A stretch of 64,000 nucleotides of DNA, from assembly GCA_028534125.1 (NCBI GenBank), contig CM052816.1, positions 72,852,001-72,916,000 of the forward strand. The letters run 5' to 3'. Within the stretch, counting starts at the first letter, position 1. Every line of letters begins with the position of its first letter. The DNA comes from Lama glama. Its lineage: Eukaryota. Made by a program: the position numbers and the translations under genes. The notes under the pieces are model-generated. The model was given only the letters and a program-made list of their open reading frames with translations. It had not been told where the DNA came from and searched no databases. Shown here one piece after another: positions 1-13,380 of this stretch.

Positions 1-227
1 ATCCACCCAATCACCAAATACTGTCAATTCACTGTGACAATACATCTCACTCCTATCCCCTGTTTCTTTTCCCAAGACATAACTCTAAACTTATTCCTGA
101 CACATGGACTATTGGCACTGTCCCCTTAGTCTGCCTTCCAGCCTTTGGTCTGTTTTCTCTAACTACCATTTAAAGCAATGATGCCAGATTAATCTTCTTT
201 TATGTGTATGAGCTAGTCATGTCTCTG

Positions 228-727
228 NNNNNNNNNNNNNNNNNNNNNNNNNNNNNNNNNNNNNNNNNNNNNNNNNNNNNNNNNNNNNNNNNNNNNNNNN
301 NNNNNNNNNNNNNNNNNNNNNNNNNNNNNNNNNNNNNNNNNNNNNNNNNNNNNNNNNNNNNNNNNNNNNNNNNNNNNNNNNNNNNNNNNNNNNNNNNNNN
401 NNNNNNNNNNNNNNNNNNNNNNNNNNNNNNNNNNNNNNNNNNNNNNNNNNNNNNNNNNNNNNNNNNNNNNNNNNNNNNNNNNNNNNNNNNNNNNNNNNNN
501 NNNNNNNNNNNNNNNNNNNNNNNNNNNNNNNNNNNNNNNNNNNNNNNNNNNNNNNNNNNNNNNNNNNNNNNNNNNNNNNNNNNNNNNNNNNNNNNNNNNN
601 NNNNNNNNNNNNNNNNNNNNNNNNNNNNNNNNNNNNNNNNNNNNNNNNNNNNNNNNNNNNNNNNNNNNNNNNNNNNNNNNNNNNNNNNNNNNNNNNNNNN
701 NNNNNNNNNNNNNNNNNNNNNNNNNNN
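228..727. other. Assembly gap (500 N)
   Basis: Run of exactly 500 N, probably a placeholder length. The ORFs at 204..755 and 217..780 are artefacts of it. Confidence 0.99.
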
Positions 728-959
728 AATGTTTTTATATATGAAGGATCTCTAAGATGTAAAATGGCAGAAAATTTCATTTGTGTGACCTTTGAAGACT
801 CTTACAAAAAACTCATATCATGCATATGCAAATTAATTCAGCTTGTGGATATTTTGAAAGCACTGCTTTATTGAGAGCATTCTTCTACTTCCATTTCTGT
901 GCAGAAATTAGGTGATTTATCTTTTTCATACACTGAAAACAAAGTGCTGAAATGCCTTC

Positions 960-1230
960 AACAAACACCTGGCTCATTCTTACTGTTCAGGTCTCATGGA
1001 TGTTACCTCCTCATCTAAATTAATTCCCTCACAGTCATTCTCCATCACATCAGCCATTTTGTTGTATACACATCACTCTTTTGTCTTGTCATCTCTTTTT
1101 ACTTAATTGTCCACTCTTCTATAGGAACTCAGGATCCAAGGAAGCAAGGACTTTGTCTTTCTTGATTTTTCACCGTTGCTTCAGCCCCTAGATAGTTCAT
1201 ATTAAATAATTACTTACTGGATAAATGAGA
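960..1230 (+). mobile_element. L2 LINE 3' fragment
   Basis: Degenerate L2 3'-end motifs (aagcaaggactttgtctttcttg...cccctagatagtt...ataaatga). Confidence 0.55.
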
Positions 1231-2394
1231 AAAGGCAAATTAATAAGGATCTCACACTTGGCAAACCATCTCAAAGAATCATTGATTCTCAGAGCTTGGA
1301 GAGAGCGTTTTATAGACAAGTCAGAGGTGGTGGCACTAATAAGAAAAGTGATGCCCAGAACTATGAGGTTCTGTGGCCAGGCAGCTTCCTTAGTACCACT
1401 TTAGATGATACTATGGAGTATCTTGTCTCTAGTATATAACAAAAGGATGTTGGCCTTTTCAGATTCCTCTGTGATTTTATTTTGATATCTGCATCATAAG
1501 CCAGAAGTTTCTGTCTTGAATGTGGTTGTTTTTGTTTCCTTTTTAACTTTCTCGAGATTTACACACATTAATGGTTTATTGCAGAGTCCACCTGGTAGTG
1601 GGGGAATATTCCAACAGAGTACCATTATCAAAGGTATAGAAGTGTTTTGTACAGTGTCTGTAATCTAATAAATCCATGGAATAGATAGAAATAAGTACTT
1701 CTTTTCTTAGATTGCTATGCCAGTTTTGCATAGAATATTGCCAGTGGCTCACAAAATAAAAGTTGCTGGATTCCTTGTCCAAACCTCAGCAGTGAGCCAC
1801 CTCCAGGTGTAGAAGATTCAGAGGGACAGATAAATCAGTGTATTCTTCATCCTCAGTCTAGACCATGTGACCTGAGTACTGGCTCTACTGCATTGTCAGC
1901 AGTCTGGGAAGAGATTGTAAAGTCATCATAAAAAATTATCTTTGTTTCGCTGTGAACTAAAATACATGGGCCAGGAAGTAAAGGAACAACTACAGTTTTC
2001 TAAGAAAAATACTTAAGATGGTACTCAGAAGCTTGGAATTTTATGTTAGAGCCACTGTTTTGTGATGCATTCATCATCCGTCGTCTGCAATCTTCACTCT
2101 CCAGTTACTCTGTGGCTGTGTCTAGTTAAAATTCTGAGACTGCAAAGCTGGACTTCAGTGATCTCTAGGAACTTCCTCTCCTTCCCAGTTGGTACCTGTC
2201 CCAGCTTTCTCTGAAGAGCTCTCCTCTTTCCTTTCCCTCCATCCATGTATGATACGCTCCTTTTCTCCCCGGCTGCTCAGAACTGTTCAGTTTCAGTGTT
2301 TTGAATAGTTTAAATCCGCTTTATGGTAGTCTCAGTGCCACTAATAGTTCTGGGTGTACCTTCAGTTATATATCAAGTCCTGGGTGAAAACCTA

Positions 2395-2625
2395 CTATGG
2401 TGGTTAAGGGCAAAGCCCTGGTTCCACCAGCCTCTTTTAAATCCAGCTCCACGACTTACTGTGTACAACTTTGGGCTACTTTGTAACTTGTATGCTTTTC
2501 CACTTTCCGCATTTTTAAATATGAATGAGGACGATAACTACCTCACAGCATTGTTATAAGATTGAATGAGCAAAAAATATAAAAAGTTGGAAAAGTGCCC
2601 GGCACACAGTAAGTAGCCAGTGCAA
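2395..2625 (+). mobile_element. MIR SINE
   Basis: tggtggttaagggc...aatccagctccacgacttactgtgt...acctcacagcattgttataagattgaatgag...gtgcccggcacacagtaag follows the MIR consensus order. Confidence 0.8.
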
Positions 2626-3887
2626 TTTAAGTCTTGGTACTGCTATGATTCAGTGCAGAATAGAATATGTCCCAGCCCTCATGGCTCTTACAGCTAAGTG
2701 AGAGTCGGAAATTTAAATCAGCAATTACAACTGTGTATAAGTGCTGTGAGAGGGTCATTCAGAGGGCGTTAGGCCTTACACCGGAGGGACACCGAGTCCA
2801 GGCTTCTCATATGTCTCATTTCTTTCTGAATTTATTCATGCAATCTGCTAATAGGCTCTGCCTCCATTTTAACAGCCAGTCTTCTGGAGACAGTGTCTTA
2901 GCCTCTAAACTTGGCATTGAAATGTTAGGATCAGAGACTGATGACGCTTTAGTAAAAGCAGGCAGTATCTTTAAAACTAAAAACTAATTAGAAAAATTCA
3001 GTGAACCATCCCCTTCTGCTTATGAGAGCCTGTTGGAATGTGTACAGAGTAAGGTCTATTTTTAACATGATCGGATTTATACTGATTTGATTAGAGCAAA
3101 ATGGCAAACTTAACAGTCGAGAAAGAGGTTAATGCCCTTCTAAGTCTGTCTCCTAAGTTCAGAACTGATCTATTTTTAAACAATGGAGTGTGAAGAGCCG
3201 TGGGCTGAAAATAGGTACAGATCATGTGTTCCAGGAGAATATAGGACGTCAGTATATTTCATTTTCACAGAACATGAATTGGGCTGAGGTCCTTCTGACC
3301 TTTAATTTGTCGAATAGACTGTTAAGGAAGAAACCATAATTTGCATGAGTATTTATTTAATGTGATTCAGAATCATTTTTTTTAAAGTATATACTTGATT
3401 TCTTTAAATGCCTTCTGAAAATGTGTTTAGTTAAGATTAATTAAAATAGACTGGAATCATAGTATTGTAAAGCTATTGTGTGATCTTCTAAATTATCAGA
3501 TACTTTTGTAAGAGACACAGTAACCAAAGGCTAGAAAATTTATGTAAGTGGCCTGGTCTTGGTCACATTACAAAGCAAAGAAGTTGGGTTATCTTCTCTC
3601 TTTTGACCTAGAGCTTTTCGACTTCATCTCTAGTTTCTAGAAAACAAACAGACAAAAACAGTTAATGATTTCTTAATGTGTGCAAGGTATTGACCCAGGC
3701 GTGATGGGAAGGTAAATTGTAAAACGTGGTTTTCAATCTCACAGTGCTTACTATATGCTTGTAGAGACAAGATAAAAATACTTTTTAAGGAAAACTACAA
3801 AGGAAAGGTTAAAATACATTACTAAAAATACAAGAAATGTAGGAAGTCACATATAGTTAATTGCCAGAGAAAAGCAGACTACACTGA

Positions 3888-4415
3888 AATTCAGAATGGA
3901 TTAAAGATTGAAATGTATGGACCTGGGATCATAAAACTCTTAGAAGAAAACATAGGAAAAAGCTTCTTGACATGGGTCTTGCTGTAATGATTTTTTTTGG
4001 ATCTGATACCTAAAGCACAAGCAATAAAATCAAAAGTAAAAGGTGATACTACATCAAACTGAAAAGCTTGTGCACAACAAAAGAAATCATCAACACAAGA
4101 AAAGACAACCTATGGAATGGGAGAAAAATTTTTGCAACCCACACATCTGATAAAGGGTTAGTATTCCAAGTATATAAGGAACTCATTCAACTCAATAGCA
4201 AGAAAACAAATAGTCTGATTAAAATGTGGGCAAAGGACCAAGAAGATGTTCAGATGTCCAGCAGGTGTATATGGAAGGGTGCTCAGCATCACTAATATTA
4301 GAGAAACGCAAATCAAAACCACAATGAGATAGCGCCCCACACCTGTTAGAATGGCTATTATCAAAAGACAAGATTTCATGAGTGTCAGGGAAGATGTGAA
4401 TAAAAGGGAATCGGG
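3888..4415 (+). mobile_element. L1 ORF2 3' fragment (degenerate)
   Basis: tggattaaaga...aaaactcttagaagaaaacatagg...gaatgggagaaaatttttgca...aatcaaaaccacaatgagata. ORF 4068..4295 (..HTSDKGLV..YKEL.QLNSKKTN..IKMWAKD) resembles the L1 ORF2 C-terminus. Confidence 0.9.
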
Positions 4416-4604
4416 CACCTGGCAGTGTCATCAGTGGCATGGGTAGGATGGTTTGTGTCACTGAGCAGGAGCCAGGTTACTGGGCCTTTTCCCTGATTTC
4501 TCCTAACGGTGCTTCGCTACTCCCCCCCTCGCCCCCCGCCATTCAGTATTTCCCTGGATGTCAGTGCTTATTTCTAGGACTTCAAAAATTGGTCCTATGC
4601 TAAT

Positions 4605-4872
4605 ATTGTATAATTCCACTTATGAGGCCCCTGGAATAGGCAAATTCAAAGCAACAGAACATAGAATAGAAGTTATTGAGGATTAAGAGGAGGGAGAAAG
4701 GGGGAGTTAAGAGTTTAAAGGTTACAGAACTTCTGTTGAGACTGATGCAAACGTTTTAGGTATGGATAGTGGTGATGGTTACACAACATTGTGACTAGAC
4801 TTGTGAGTCGTATACTTGAGAACGGTTAAAACTATGAATATTGTTATATATGTTTTATACAAATCTAAAAAA
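4605..4872 (+). mobile_element. L1MB-type 3'UTR fragment
   Basis: attccacttatgagg...ataggcaaattcaaag...atggatagtggtgatggttacacaacattgtg is typical of an L1MB 3' end. Confidence 0.8.
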
Positions 4873-5239
4873 TTAATCTTATAAATTGGCACTCAATTCT
4901 GTATCTAGTCCTGATCTCCAGAGCCATTTCCATCTGCCCGTGACTCTTGTCACCTGAATGCCTGTGATGCTTCACACTCGATACAAAAACAAAGAAAATC
5001 CTTTTTTCACATAAGTAAAAAAATTTTTTTGAATTTATGTCACTCCAGACCTGAGCTCGGTAGTTGTAAGTGTGTGAGTTGTGTCCCACACCTCCTCAAA
5101 GGGATCCCAGCTGTATCTGGATCATAAATATTACCCACACCACTAAGCTAAGTTGCTCCCATCAGCTCCCATTACCACCATGTCTTGGCAGATACCCAGA
5201 AGGGGGCAGCTTCATCCTGCCTGCCACAGCCTAAGTCGC

Positions 5240-5577
5240 TGTATTAGTTTGCCAGGCTGCGATCACGAAATACCACCGTGGTTTAAACAACAGAAATTTA
5301 TTTTCTCACATTTCTGGAGGTTGGAAGTCCAAGATCAAGGTGTCGGCCAGTTTAGATTCTTCTGAGGCCTCTCTCCCTGGCTAGCAGAAGACCACTTTTC
5401 TCTTTGTGTATCCAGTTTCCTCTTCGTATAAGGATAGTGGTCAGACTGGATTAGGGCCCATTCTAACAGCTTCATTTTAACTTCATCCCCTCTTTAAAGG
5501 TCCTGTCTCCAAATACAGGCACATTCTCAGGTACTAGGAGTTAGGGCTTCAAAATATGAATTTAGAGGTGTCACACA
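5240..5577 (-). mobile_element. MaLR solo LTR (MLT1A-like)
   Basis: tgtattagtttgccaggctgc...aaacaacagaaatttattttctcaca...ggaagtccaagatcaaggtgtcggc...gtctccaaatacag...ttagggcttcaaaatatgaattt. Confidence 0.85.
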
Positions 5578-7854
5578 TGCCTGCCAACACATGCAATGCT
5601 CCATACAAATCTAGCTAAAGTGGCAAGTAAATGAATGTGTAATGCATCACAGAATTCCTGCCTGGTTTTAGGGTGTGGCCTGATTTCCTCATGTCCTTTG
5701 TAACATGTGCACATACTATTACGTAGGGATTATTTCCATTCCTGACCTGTTGATGAAGAAGAGGAATTTATGTGGATTATATTGTAAAATGTCAAATAAA
5801 GGTTTTTATCAAGTTCTCCAAATCACCTCTCAGAGTTAAATGTTCTAATTCAACATACTATCTGCTGGTCCTGTTTTAGCAAAATTTTTTAGTTTAGCTG
5901 TCTGATGTATTTGCTGTATTTGACAGTCCAAATTAATCTGTTTCTCCCTTGTCAAGTAGGCTTACCTCCTATTCTGCAGATGACTCTGACACCTTGCTTA
6001 CTGCTTGCCGGCCACTGAAGCTGTGTTCTGCTGGTGTTTACACAAATCCTAACTGAGCTTCAGCCTGGGGTTCCAGAACCGGGCAGAGATATGAAGCCTC
6101 TAATGAACACTGTCATTGTCAATACACAGTTTTTTGATTTAGGGTTTTTTTGGTCTGCTTCTACATCATTTTCTTTCCTATATAAGCAAATTTAAGTGAA
6201 TGCTGAGAGAACTTTATGTCATCTGCTGACATCCTGCATGGTACCTAACTGAGTAATATGTTCCTTTGTTCTAGGAAAGCAAAACAGTAGGACTATGCTA
6301 AGACCAAATTAATTTCAAACTTCGTGTGCATTCATATTGTGAAGTTTAAATGTGATTTATTATCTCAAAACCAAATTAGATGCTTCTGAGAACTGTAACT
6401 ACAGAAAACGTTAAAATGGTTGAATCTGTCTCTCAATATTCAGCTTGTTCTGAGCTATCCTTTGCAAACAGGCAGATTTCATTCAAGCCACTTAATCATA
6501 CTTTGCCATTTGTATATGCTAAGATTTTAGGCTGATTGCTTTTTAACTCATAATTTGAAGAGACTATGCATCTAGCAATTGATGGTATAGCTGAGTTTCA
6601 AAACAAGAAATCGTGAAAAATGCTAAAGCTTGCCAATATTTAAGAGGCCACTGCAGACAATTTTTCTCTCTCTCTCTATTGAATTTTTCTTAATAAACTA
6701 TGATTAACACAAGGTGGAATATTATGTAGCCATTAAAAAGAATAGCAATGAGGACTATATCTCAAAATGGTAAATATTTTATACTATTAAAAGTAGGGAA
6801 AATAGAAACAAATATTGAATGTGTATTATGATTACAATTATATTAAAGTGAATAGAGATTATATTAAGAGAATATATAAATGTATTAAATTACTTTCATT
6901 ACGGTGAAAAAATATAGAGATTTTTTTCTTTTATATATTTTAAAGGATATGTGTATACTCATTTTGTTTTTAAAGATGTTTTTAAAAATACAATTTGTTT
7001 GCTAATAAGAAAAATTGATTACTCTTCTTTAATGAGATGGAAAACTACAGTAAACTAAGATTGAATCTCCCTCTATTAATTCATCAGTCCTCATTTTCTT
7101 ATCTCTAACTCCATTAACTTCCCCAAAATAAATATTAAAGGTAAGTATTTCTTATCTTTGAATTTTATTATATTATTTTTATATTCAAATTATTTAGGGG
7201 TTATAAACACTGTCTTGAAAAATAAGACACATTATCTCAACTAGAGAAACAGTATATCATAAATCCTCCCTAGTAGAGACACAGAAATCAGGGGAAATGC
7301 TTTGAGTTTAAGAGATTGAAGCAGGTACCTAATGTGTTAGTCAATATTTGGATAAATGTTTATAACATATTCAAACATTAAGATTTGTATGGGTTGATTT
7401 ACTTACACATGCAGTCAACCATCTTGCAATTAAGAAGACAAACTGGCAGATCAGTATAAGCCAGTTGGAAATGCTGAGGAAATTTTTTAAATTTCCCCCA
7501 TGTGTTTCCTTTAAAAAAATGGAATATGTAATTTACATTTCACCTTCCAAATTTACTATACCATTAGGACAGCTTTATTATAAGAATCTTATCTTTTATT
7601 CATTGACTTTAGCCAAAAGGAAATTTCACTAAGACTGTCTTGTCATTTTTATCTTCTGAATCCCTGCACCCATTATGATTTTGATATTTAATAACCGGTT
7701 CCCACTCAACTTTTTTTTTAATCTGACCTAATATCTTCTTAACAAATTACCTTGAAGTCTTTCTTTGAAATTTTATAGAATATATGGTCTTTACCATTCA
7801 TTTGATTTTAACAGATATTGTTTTATAATACAACTGTTAGTTATAATGGTTAAT

Positions 7855-8042
7855 AATAGGTAACATTTAGTGAACTTTGTTAAGTGCTTTACTTGGTTAT
7901 TTAATTTAATCATCACAATTATCTATGATAGAGTTGCTAGTGTTATCTCAATTTTACAGGTGAAAATGTTAAGATTGAAGAGTATGGGTCACTTACTACA
8001 GTCACCAAGTCAGTCAGTTTTGGAATTAGGGATTGAGCCCAT
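7855..8042 (-). mobile_element. MIR SINE
   Basis: taagtgctttacttggttatttaatttaatcatcacaa...attttacaggtgaaaa matches the reverse MIR core. Confidence 0.7.
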
Positions 8043-8048
8043 ATACAG

Positions 8049-8063
8049 ACACACACACACACA

Positions 8064-8095
<32 letters not shown>
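8049..8095. repeat. (CA)n microsatellite
   Basis: Directly visible, with one interruption. Confidence 0.97.
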
Positions 8096-8410
8096 GGAGA
8101 GAGAGATTCTGCCATGTTTATTTTATTCTTTACAGTTATCTTATAATGAATATGTACCTATATTATGTATCTTGCTTCTTGAACTATAAACTTTCAGATA
8201 CTGCTTTATTTTAGGAACCATGGTTTCCACATCTGACTGCTTATGACTCGGAGTGTGTTATTAAAAGCACAGCTCTTGAGTCATATCCCCTGAAGATTTA
8301 GATTCAGATTCTCTGAATCTGGACTGGAGCCTAGTAAACTGTACTTTAGAAAAAAATGCCATAAATATATCCAGAGAGGAGACTGCTGTCTTTGGTAGGT
8401 CACTGAAGCC

Positions 8411-8434
8411 TTTTTTTTTTTTTTTTTTTTTTTT
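8411..8434. repeat. Poly(T) tract (24 nt)
   Basis: Directly visible. Confidence 0.97.
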
Positions 8435-9049
8435 AATCGGTGCTGTCTACTTGAGAGCCATGATAAGGGTGAGGTCCCACAGACTCATCTTGAATATGTT
8501 CTGTTATTTCCCCAGAACAGTTCTGCAGCATACCAACAAACCCTGACTTTACCCGACTCTGGGCATCTTCTATGCACCCTGCCCTGTGTTGGACCCTTCA
8601 GCAGTCGTTTCATAAGAGCCCTCACCTAGGACACTAAAGACTGCTTAGACGCTGATATGGAGGCTATTTTATTTATTGCCCACAGACTTCATGTAGTGGT
8701 CTTGAAGGTATGATTGCAGATGGCTTCCTTAGAACTTTTCAGTGAGGTCTCTTAAGAAACTTTGGTTAGCAATTTTCAGATATTGATTTACTCTTCATGG
8801 AAGTCTTGGGATCTAAATTTACTCTTTCCAGGAGTCAAAGTAAACCACATTTTACTCTTCTATGGAAGTTTCTCATTCTGTTTCACCTCTCTCTTCAAAG
8901 TTTAAATAAATGTCGAAAAATTATTCTTCATGTTTTTCTTGCTGAGTTCTTCAGTAAATAACATATTTAACATGAAGGTTTTAAAAAAAAATCTAGAGCT
9001 GAATTCTGTTTGCCAGTCCTCTTACGTATTAAATCATGTTTGTTCTATG

Positions 9050-9562
9050 GCAGTGTTCTCCGTCCAGTAGAAATGTAGTGTGAATCACATATTTATTTTA
9101 AATTTTCTAGTAGTCACGTTTAAAAATAAAAAGAAATATGTGAAATTAAGTATAATAAATTTGTTAACTAAGTGTATTCAACATATAATTTCAACATGTA
9201 ATCAATATAAAAACATCATTAATGAGATGGTTTACATTATTTTTTGTATTAAGTCTTCAGAATCTGGTATATTTTTAATAATTACAGAATATCTCAATTG
9301 GGATGCTATTTTTTTTATAAAAGTCCTTGATCTGTTTATAGATTTCATGAAACTTACAGTTGAAAATGCATATTCACCTATCCAAGCTTTTCCAAACAAT
9401 TTAACATTTTCTAATAGCTCAGTTACCAGCTTTTAACTTTAAACTTAAATGGTGACAGTGAAACCTATTAAAAATTTATTTTCTCAGTCACTCTTGCCAC
9501 ATGTCTAGTGGTCACTAATTCCATGTCGCTAGTGGCTACCATGTTAGACACTGTCACTCTAG
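9050..9562. mobile_element. hAT-Charlie DNA transposon (MER33/Charlie1-like)
   Basis: gtccagtagaaat...aaattttctagtagtcac...aacatgtaatcaatataaaaa...ctagtggctaccatgttagaca are MER3/MER33-family terminal and internal motifs. Confidence 0.7.
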
Positions 9563-12429
9563 GAACAGACTGCTTAAATGCTGTTAAATATTGGGCTCAC
9601 TTCCCATGTGCTATGTGATTCTTGTGAAATGACAATCTCTTTTAAGCTCATTTGGCTCATCTATACTGCTGGGTTAATAATATAACTATTTCATGGGGTG
9701 GTTGTTATCATTAAATGTGAAAAGACAAAAAACATTCAGTAAGTATTAGCGATCATCATCATCACAGCCATACTACATCTAGACCAATGGCACTTACCCT
9801 GTTGCTGACAATGGCCCCTTTGGAAATCTTGTGAGCACTGCCATCTGTCTCACATGAGACACAGGGACAGTATACACCTGTTTGTGTGCAACTTCCAACA
9901 GGTTCGGGGCAGCTACCTGAAGCCCAATACCCTTGTCAAGTATCTTCAGGCCCCAGCTTCACAATGCGTGATTTGTATTAACTGCTGTACGTATTCAGCC
10001 ACCAGTTCCCCATCATGCCCTTCATATTTGTGTCTATGTCATGGGGTTCTCTGAGGAAATGAGTTCATGTTGACTTGGAGGCTTATTTATCAGTATACTC
10101 CAAGTCATTTAGTTATCCTTTAAGATCTCATTTGTTTTCTTGCACATTTACCTTTTACACTAATTTCTGATGAAGAGAAAGTGCTTCTTATTTACCAGAC
10201 ATGTAAACGAATGCTGATAATTGAAGATAAAATTAGATTAGTACATAAAAGAACCATTACATTTCTTAGTTTTCAAAATAATTTTGGGGTAATTATTGTT
10301 AAAGCAGCTGTATTTTCATAGCAATTGGTTCACATATAGTAAACACAAGCAAGATCCGTTTTATGTATTTTTAACTAGAATCTTGTGTTTTTTGAAGAAT
10401 TCCACAGCAGTAAATATCTTGCTGTGTGATAATCTGCCCTGAAAATATGTTTATTGCATAAAATGTGGCATTCAAATTAGTTAAAAATGTAAATAATTTC
10501 AGAAGTACATCAAAGTAAAAAAGCAATAGCTATTTGCCTGAAATAGGTAAAATTTTAGATTTAAAATGTTATAAAATACTAAAAGTGACTGTTTTCAATC
10601 CAAAGCATAGGCAGAATTGCAGAATGTAAGGGTGAGGTTAATTCTAACTGCTAATAAGCTTTTGTGATTTTGATCCAGGTAATAGGGAGGCCCCTTGGTG
10701 AAGCTGAATGAGCAATGGTTTGGAAGTCAAACATAATGGTTAGTTTCTTTAGACGTATTCTAGCTCTGAGGCTTGGGCAATGTATTTCCCCCCTCTAAGC
10801 GCCACTGTCTTCATTCTCTTGTATATTTGGGAAAATAGAACCAAATTCAAGTTTGTTCTTTGCTTGTTCTCCTCCAGGAATAAATGAGATGTAGTATGTG
10901 AAGTACCTGCTTATTATGTGCACTTAATAAATCTTACTCCCTTTCTCTTTCTTTCCACATGCCACTTTCAACTTGTCAAATTCAATTACAATGTTCCTTT
11001 GGGGGCTATTCAGGGAGAACTGGAGATGTCACTGAAGAAACAAATGGCCAGAAACATTTCTTTAAACGGAAGAAGTAAAGGGCACACATCAACACTGACC
11101 CCTATGACACAAGACATACCCACTCCCGCAAACAACCACAGCACATGCTGGTCTCCTTCTCTTTTCTTTGCAGTTCAAAGATCTCAGATTTTACTGATTT
11201 ACAGTGCCAGTCAGATAGCCTAATTGTATGAAGTAGCATGTTTTAAAAACTGGCAGCATGGAGCATGGATGCCAATGTAAAGACTGTCAGATTCAGATCT
11301 TTAAAATTAATTGCTGTGGGGGGAATAAAAACAGCCACGTTTGCCGCCTTACATGTCAAGCTCTCAAAATGTGTAAAGTTGGAAAGAACAAATTAATAGG
11401 TAACATCAAAATCTCCAGGGTTTATGGTGATTCTAGGTATTTGTAAAGGTAAGATGGCATCTTCGAATCCATCAACACCCTAAGTTAGAAGATGGGCTGC
11501 CTGACAAACCATAGTTCCTCCCCTTGTGAGTGAGTGGTCCTTGGCGTATTACTCAATGTCTTCTACAAGGCAGAATAGTAATAATAGCTGTGGCCTAGGA
11601 TTTTGTGAGGATAAAATAAATACTTGTAAATCACTTAGAGCAATACGTAAAACCAGCAAGAATTTAATAAATATTGTCTCCTATTTTTACCATGTTCTTT
11701 CTTAAAATTATCGGCCTTACGGAAATCCCTAACACATCCGATTACTCTGTTTTGATTCTAACTACCCCTGGCTACTGAATTGGAAAAAAAAAATAGGACG
11801 TCAGCAGCACTATTTTATAGGGTATTCTAGGTGACAGAGTGTCATTTGATACAGATTTGACTGTATGTATTTCCTTGTTTCTCAAGTTAATACATAGAAG
11901 CCTGCACATCTGGATGCCATCCGAATGTCTGTCTGATGTAAGTTCTTAGAAGAAAGCTCTTGTGTGCTCTGCACAGTCTAAAAATACAGGGTGTGTTGGG
12001 TGTAGGGATTTAGCAATGGAACAGCAGCTCTGTTTTGTTAAGATTACTCTATGATTCATTATTGTAATGATGGTAATTATATTTATAGCTACCATTCTTA
12101 AAACTTTTTAGAACTATACTGTGTAGAATAAAATCATGGAGAATGGAGAGCTGAATGTTTCACAAAATGGAAATTTCCACAGTGATACTTGAGTTATTGA
12201 TAAAGAATTGTAGTGCTAGGAGGAGCCTTAAAACATTGCTGCGCGTTGTAATAACAAACAAGATATTGCTTAAAAGTTCCCAGGGTCTCAATGTATGCAC
12301 GATTCCAAAGCACAGATTCATGGTTAAAACGAATCCTTCTTGAAGCAATCTAAATATATCAAATCCCATTTTTTCTTATTGTCGTAAAGTTAAACAAACT
12401 AGGAATCAAATTACCAACAAAACAATAAC

Positions 12430-13380
12430 AATGAAAGATACCACAGAGAGCCACTGAAAAGGCAAGTCATACATGGCGAGAAGATACTTGCAATGCGTAT
12501 CTCAGCAAAGAGCTCCTGTCAAGACCATAGAAAGAACTCCTACAATAGAAAAAAACAGGGAAAACTATTGCCTGGACATTTCACCAACCAGGATCTTCAT
12601 CTGACCAATAAGCCTATGAATATGTACATAACAATGTTAATCATTGGGGAATGTAAAACAAAACCACAATGAAAAAGAATTTTAAATAAGATATCTCTAC
12701 ATACCTACTAATGGCTAAAATTAAAAAGAATGATAACATCAAATTTTGCCAACGATGTAAGACAACTGGAACTTTATATATTGCTGGTATATAAGAAAAT
12801 AATGCTATCATTTTAGAAAACCTTTGACAATGTCTACCAAAGTTAAATATACACTTATCCTATTACCCAGCAATTCCAACATAAGGCAAATATTCAAGAG
12901 AAATCAGTGTATAAGGCACTTCAAGAATGGTTATGACAGGTTTATTTTATTAGCCTAAAACTAGAAACAACCCAAATGTCATGAAGAGTAGAATGAAGAA
13001 ATAAACTGGGGCATAGTCATAAAATGAAATACAGCCGGAAACATAAAAAGAAAGAACTGCCACCACACGGCAACATGGATGAATCATGCTGACGTAATGA
13101 GTGAAAGAAACAAGACACCAAAGACTCCACGTTGCACGATGCCATTTATGGGAATTTCAAGGACAAGTAAGACCGCTTGTAGTGATGGTGATCAGCACAG
13201 CCAGAGCCTCTGGGGTTGGCTGGAAAGGAAAAAAATGAAGCCTCCTGGGAAATGTTCCATATGTGGACCTGGGTGGTTATATAGTTTCACGTGTTTGAAA
13301 ATCTCATATAAGATTTGTGAACACTTATGATTTGTGTGCTTTTCTATATCTGTGTTACAGGTTAAAAAAAAAAAAAAAAC
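12430..13380 (+). mobile_element. Old L1 (L1MD/ME-like) ORF2 end and 3'UTR with A-tail
   Basis: aaaaccacaatga...atggctaaaattaaaaaga...acccagcaattcca...ctagaaacaacccaaatgtc...aacatggatgaatc, ending in a poly(A) run at ~13364-13379. Confidence 0.8.

Noticed and set aside
204..780. Long ORFs with X runs
   Set aside because: Artefacts of the N gap.
4068..4461. ORFs resembling a protein domain
   Set aside because: Frameshifted L1 ORF2 remnant and its antisense frames.
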